Below, in pieces: positions 36,333-40,790 of a stretch of 40,790 bases of DNA; position 1 is the first letter of the stretch; every line of letters starts with the position of its first letter. The notes under the pieces were generated by a model that was not told the origin of the DNA, made no database searches, and worked only from the letters and a program-made list of their open reading frames with translations. The stretch is from Priapulus caudatus (lineage: Eukaryota), in assembly GCF_000485595.1 (NCBI RefSeq), contig NW_014577072.1, positions 458,433 through 499,222 on the forward strand, in the 5' to 3' direction. Position numbers and translations under genes: made by a program.

Positions 36333-38835
36333 GTGAGTATTACTGCACAGCAAAAAAACATGATCAGTATGATTTATTAAAATGTGTGCTACACTGCAGT
36401 GACACTGTGACTGTGTAGTGTAGTGTAGCATGTTACTCTGTTAGTGTTAGATACAATTTCCTACTCTGTTAGATACGATAATGTAACCCAAACCCAAGAC
36501 TAGAGGATAGGGGAGGCCCTAAACCGACCAGGCTCTCCGACTAGTTACACGGCTCTCGCCACGTAGTGTCAAGCGAGATGGGAACTTGTGGCTAGGGGAG
36601 GCCCCTATCCTCTTGGGTTTGGGTTACATTATTGTATCTAGTACTCTGTAGGCTGTAGGCTGTAGCCGTAGGCATAGACTGTAGAGTGTAGGCCTAGTCT
36701 GTACAGTAGTAACTCGGTTCAAGGATAGAGATGATGTCCAGGATGGTGTCGTGATAGGATAGGATGATGTTTATGACTGGACATGCTCTCTATCCTTGAG
36801 CCCGTAACTCTGTAGACTGTAGAGTGTAGTACTAGTAGTAGTAGTAGTAGTAGTGTACAATGGCACAAATAAGAAATATAACAACAGTTATTACAGCTGA
36901 GAGTGAGAGGGTATATGTCCCCCAAGGTACTGCCGGAACGTACCCTGGTAACTATATCTACCTCGCCTACCGTACCTCGCCTACTCCATTAACGAGTCCA
37001 GGGAGTCGCCTACGCCTACTCCCTAACCCTAACCCTAACCTAGCCCGACCAGGCTGTGCGACGGATTGTCTATATTGTCGGTCTTGGAGCTAACCCTAAC
37101 CCTAATCCTAACCCTAACCCTAACCTTAACCCTAACCTTAACCCTAACCCTAACCCTAACCCTAACCATAACTATATCAGATAGTTACCAGGGTACGTTC
37201 CGGCAGTACCCTGGTGGACATAGACCCTATGAGCGTTATTACACGCTATAGTAGGCCTACATAATTATCAGATGAAGCACAGGAGTGGCGAAAGACCCAC
37301 AGGTCTGATACTATCAGGAGTGAATAATAGAGATTCTTTATTATTTACTTCTGATAGTATTACTACCGAGAACCGGTCAGTGACAGCGAGAGATTAGGTA
37401 CAGTATTAGATGTAGTGATGTTTAGGTAGACATCGTCTACTTGCCAACTGTGGTTACCATACCGTCCTGGTTGACTTGATTGTCCCGACCTACCAGCCCG
37501 CTATATCCTTGTTATTAGCTGTACTCTTACTGTGTTCCTCATTATTACAATCTATCAGATAGATAGTAAAATTTCAAGACATGCAATCAGTTTTCATATG
37601 CTTACTGCATACTTGTAAATTCAAAAAGCATCTTTCATTAAAAGGTGGCTCATTATCCTTACACACATAGCTAGTATGGGGCACATAGCCATTGATGGAT
37701 CTGCCTATTATAATCTGTTTTATTTTATTTATTCCAGGTGTCTGATCCCTTGGTGAAAGCTGAACGTGATGTTTACATGTACAGAGCATACTTAGCACAG
37801 AGAAAGTATGCTGTTGTTCTGGATGAAATCCATTCAGCTTCACCACCAGAGCTGCAAGCAATCAGGCTATTTGCTGACTACCTAGCTAATGAGGCAACCA
37901 GGTAACCTAACTTTGTTTAAAATCCAATTTAATAACATAGTTTGAATGGTAGGAGGTATTGGCTAGCACAACATTTTAGTAACAAGTCATGGTTTTTATG
38001 TGACAATTATACACACATCAGATTTCTATAATAATTTGGTTCCACACACTGCATTTGGGTTCGTAAATAATGGGTCAAAACTTGCTATTAATTAGTAGAG
38101 AGTCTATTGCTTGATATTTATGTTCTCATTTTACTTTTCACAGAGATGCATTGCTAAAGACATTAGACAGCAAAATGAGTGCAAGTCTCGACATTTCAAA
38201 CCACACATTCTTATTAATGGCTGCATCTGTGTACTGCCACGAACAGGTATGGTTGCCTATAGGTTTTATATAATTTTTCAGTAGTGCATGTTATGATATG
38301 TAGGAAAATATTCATGAGTGCAAAATAATCGGTATGTGAAGATAATGCTTCCTAGATCTTCAAGTGCAACAAGTAGGTTTTAAGTATGGATGTGGATTAT
38401 ATAATCTTAAATGATGATGGCTACTCTGTATTTTGTTCATCTATACTACCTGCATCCTACTTCACTATTAGAGTTGCTATATGTGTAAGGGGAGTACTAA
38501 GGAGGAATCTATTGTTGTTAGAGAAGTCAATAAACAAATCATGCAATATCAAGTGTACAGTGCCAAATGAGATATCGGCTTTGGTTACAGTTTTTTTGTT
38601 TTCAGCTTCCCTTCATCTGATTTCAGAACCATGATGCAGCTCTGCGTGTGTTGCACCAGTCGGAGAACCTCGAGTGCATTGCGCTGATGGTGCAGATCCA
38701 ATTGAAGATCAATCGACCTGACTTGGCAAGGAAAGAGTTGAAGAGAATGCAGGATGTAGACGACGATGCAACACTCACGCAGCTTGCACTTGCCTGGTTC
38801 AACATGACTGTCGTGAGTCTTTTTGTAATGCTTCA

Positions 38836-38868
<33 letters not shown>

Positions 38869-40406
38869 CATCAGGGTAAAAAATACACGGGAGCGATGAG
38901 CGATTCGCTCTTCAAACCTCCAAAATCGCTCCCGTAAAATGTTTGCCGAAAGTTCATTTTCCCACAGACTTGAAAAAGAGCTCCCGTGGACAAAAAAGTA
39001 ATTTTTTCCCTGATATACATGTATATCAGTTAAACGTTTTTTAACCATTACATCGTTTCCTAGAAATTGTAAGAGAGTATCTTTAATCTGTGTGTCTTTA
39101 TTTATATTTTCAAGCCGATTATACATTGTTATATTTAATTCAGTACCCATCTGGAATGGAATATCAGTTCTTATCGTTAATCAGTCCTGTTAGGAACTAA
39201 CTTGGAATATATGTTACATGAAAAAAATCTGAAAATTTGATAAATATTTGGCTTAAACAGGGAGGTGAAAAGCTACAGGATGCCTTCTACATCTATCAGG
39301 AGCTGTGCGACAAATACGGTTCCACGCCTCTCCTTCTCAATGGTCAAGCCAATTGTTTGATGCTGCAGAACAAGTTTGATGATGCTGAGGGCTTGTTACA
39401 GGAGGCCCTGGAAGTGGTAATAAATATCAAAGTGGTAGTTGCCAGTTGGTTACCAGGGCATGAAATTCAGATTTTTCTGCACTGGCCCAGAGGGCCGGTA
39501 ACAGCAGTTTTTTACCAGCCTTCACCATAATTTACATCCCTCACAAATGTTTTCTTTTCAAAAATAAAGATAAGACTGATAAGAATAAAGACTAAAGTTG
39601 TAGCATGCGGCATCGCATAGTAGCTGTTGAACAGTCTATAATGCAGATCGTGAATGACGTGCGAAGTTTTTTTGTCACTGACATTGTCATGTTTCACGCT
39701 TGCATTCTTGATTTCAAATTTGTAAAATGTTGATAAATTATGGCGTGATATCCTTCAGGTAAAACAGTATTGTAGGCGATTTGCTCATTAATGCTATAAA
39801 TAAAAATGTAGGTTCTCGCTAACATGGCTGAAACCACCGGCTCTGAGGGCCGGTGTTTTGGGAATGTTACCGGCCCTCCAAATAATTTGCTGGCATATGC
39901 CGGTGGGCCAGTGCTAATTTCGTGCCCTGGGTTACTATTATTTGTCTTAGTCAAACACGGTCCAAAGTTTTATCACCAGCTGTGGTGGCTTTGCAAGGCC
40001 TATTGATTGATGATATTCGTCATCAAAGACATGAAGTCAAGATCCTCATAAATCTGCGGTTTTCTACCTGACCTGCACATAATTATCTCATTATAAGCCA
40101 TGTAGTAACCATGTACTATCCTACTCTGGGGTCGTAATTACTAGAAAGGTTGTTGTTACTATAAATGGCACCATGCACCATTCACTAAGTGAGACTGTTT
40201 AAATACTCAGAGTTACTACTGTTTAGATCCTATTTTATATTGAATGCTTTATTTCAGCAAACTCTATGGTAATGTTTCGGACAAGAAATGTAAAGATTTG
40301 ATTTTAATAGCGATTTGTTATTGTTTGCATTTTGTAGGACAGCAATAATCCAGAGACACTGATCAATCTCAATGTCGTTTCCCAACATCTTGGCAAGCCA
40401 TTTGAG
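36231..40406 (+). CDS. COPE: Coatomer subunit epsilon, 3'-incomplete: join(36231..36332,37738..37901,38144..38246,38627..38812,39261..39416,40338..40406)
   Basis: [95 protein letters not shown] are epsilon-COP motifs. The last exon lies beyond the window. Confidence 0.96.
36470..36640. mobile_element. 171-bp MITE, TAG...CTA ends, 9-bp TSD (8 of 9)
   Basis: TIR TAGATAC.ATAATGTAACCCAAACCCAAGA; flanks CTACTCTGT and GTACTCTGT. Confidence 0.78.
36909..37228. mobile_element. GGG...CCC-ended MITE carrying (TAACCC)n arrays
   Basis: About 50-bp TIRs (GGTACTGCCGGAACGTACCCTGGTAACTAT / ATAGTTACCAGGGTACGTTCCGGCAGTACC); about 13 TAACCC units at 37091-37168. Confidence 0.78.
37738..37901 (+). CDS. COPE: COPE exon 2
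   Basis: Acceptor ttccag, [21 protein letters not shown]...ADYLANEAT, donor gtaacc. Confidence 0.92.
38144..38246 (+). CDS. COPE: COPE exon 3
   Basis: Acceptor tcacag, RDALLKTLD...[14 protein letters not shown], donor gtatgg. Confidence 0.92.
38627..38812 (+). CDS. COPE: COPE exon 4
   Basis: Acceptor tttcag, [17 protein letters not shown]...AWFNMTV, donor gtgagt. Confidence 0.92.
38872..39012. mobile_element. 141-bp hAT-like MITE with 8-bp TSD
   Basis: ATATACAT|CAGGGTAAAAAAT ... ATTTTTTCCCTG|ATATACAT. Confidence 0.78.
39261..39416 (+). CDS. COPE: COPE exon 5
   Basis: Acceptor aaacag, [14 protein letters not shown]...LLQEALEV, donor gtaata. Confidence 0.92.
39454..39929. mobile_element. 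hAT-like MITE with 6-bp TSD
   Basis: GGTTAC|CAGGGCATGAAATT ... AATTTCGTGCCCTG|GGTTAC; subterminal GCACTGGCCC and GGCCGGT motifs. Confidence 0.78.
40338..40406 (+). CDS. COPE: COPE exon 6
   Basis: Acceptor ttgtag, [23 protein letters not shown], donor gtatgt. Confidence 0.9.
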
Positions 40407-40528
40407 GTATGTTGTATGTGTAGCATGCAATACTACGTTGAGAGTGTGATAAAAAAAACCAGTTGAGCAATTGTATGCAACACTGATTGGAATGTAGGAG
40501 TGATCGAGTATTGCCACTAGTTTTATTA

Positions 40529-40645
40529 GCTTGTAGAATCGCATGATTGTCCGTCTGTGCGTCCGTCCGGCTGTCCGTCCGTGCATCCGTCAACAGTTGG
40601 GCACAAATCTTAACCGCTCGACGTACGGTCACGATATTCGGGACG
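40529..40645 (-). mobile_element. Fragment of the same DINE-1-like family with (GTCC)n microsatellite
   Basis: Reverse complement of 18258-18342 (CCGAATATCGTGACCGTACGTCGAGCGGTTAAGA...ATGCGATTCTACAAGCT). Confidence 0.6.
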
Positions 40646-40733
40646 TGCACTCCGTGCACTCTGGGCTGACGGTTCGAATACTACTTACAGTAATACGATT
40701 ACACCGCTGGATAAACTATCTGATATGCGTTAT

Positions 40734-40790
40734 GGGTTAGCGGAGATAGGCGTAGCGACTCCTAAGACTCGTTAGTGAGTAAGGCGAGGT
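40734..40790 (-). repeat. Partial copy of the TAACCC-bearing MITE family at the window edge
   Basis: Reverse complement resembles ACCTCGCCTACTCCACTAACGAGTC seen at 30480 and 36974. Confidence 0.6.

Noticed and set aside
37091..37168. True telomere or chromosome-fusion relic
   Set aside because: The tract is short, intronic and enclosed by MITE TIRs.

Overview
Intron-rich animal (invertebrate-like) nuclear DNA, not prokaryotic. Four spliced housekeeping genes were reconstructed by hand: MRPS16 (+, 2 coding exons joined by a GC-AG intron), ARMC6 (+, 6 coding exons, about 471 aa), ceramide transfer protein CERT1 (-, 13 coding exons, about 608 aa, PH-FFAT-START) and COPE (+, 6 exons seen, 3' end outside the window). 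CERT1 and COPE are head-to-head with 322 bp between start codons. Introns hold many non-autonomous DNA transposon-like elements: an IS3EU-type fold-back element (TATGG...CCATA, 6-bp TSD), CAGGG-ended elements with 5-, 6- and 8-bp TSDs, TA-flanked MITEs, TAG...CTA elements with 9-bp TSDs, a Kolobok-like element upstream of ARMC6, a TAACCC-carrying MITE family, and 15-60 bp CAGGAGT...ACTCCTG hairpins with 7-bp TSDs. Two regions look like assembly artefacts: noisy repeated copies in the MRPS16 intron and a 4-kb duplication across a 25-N gap. No new protein-coding system is supported. The most unusual signals are non-coding. Family names and human comparisons come from recall, not database searches.
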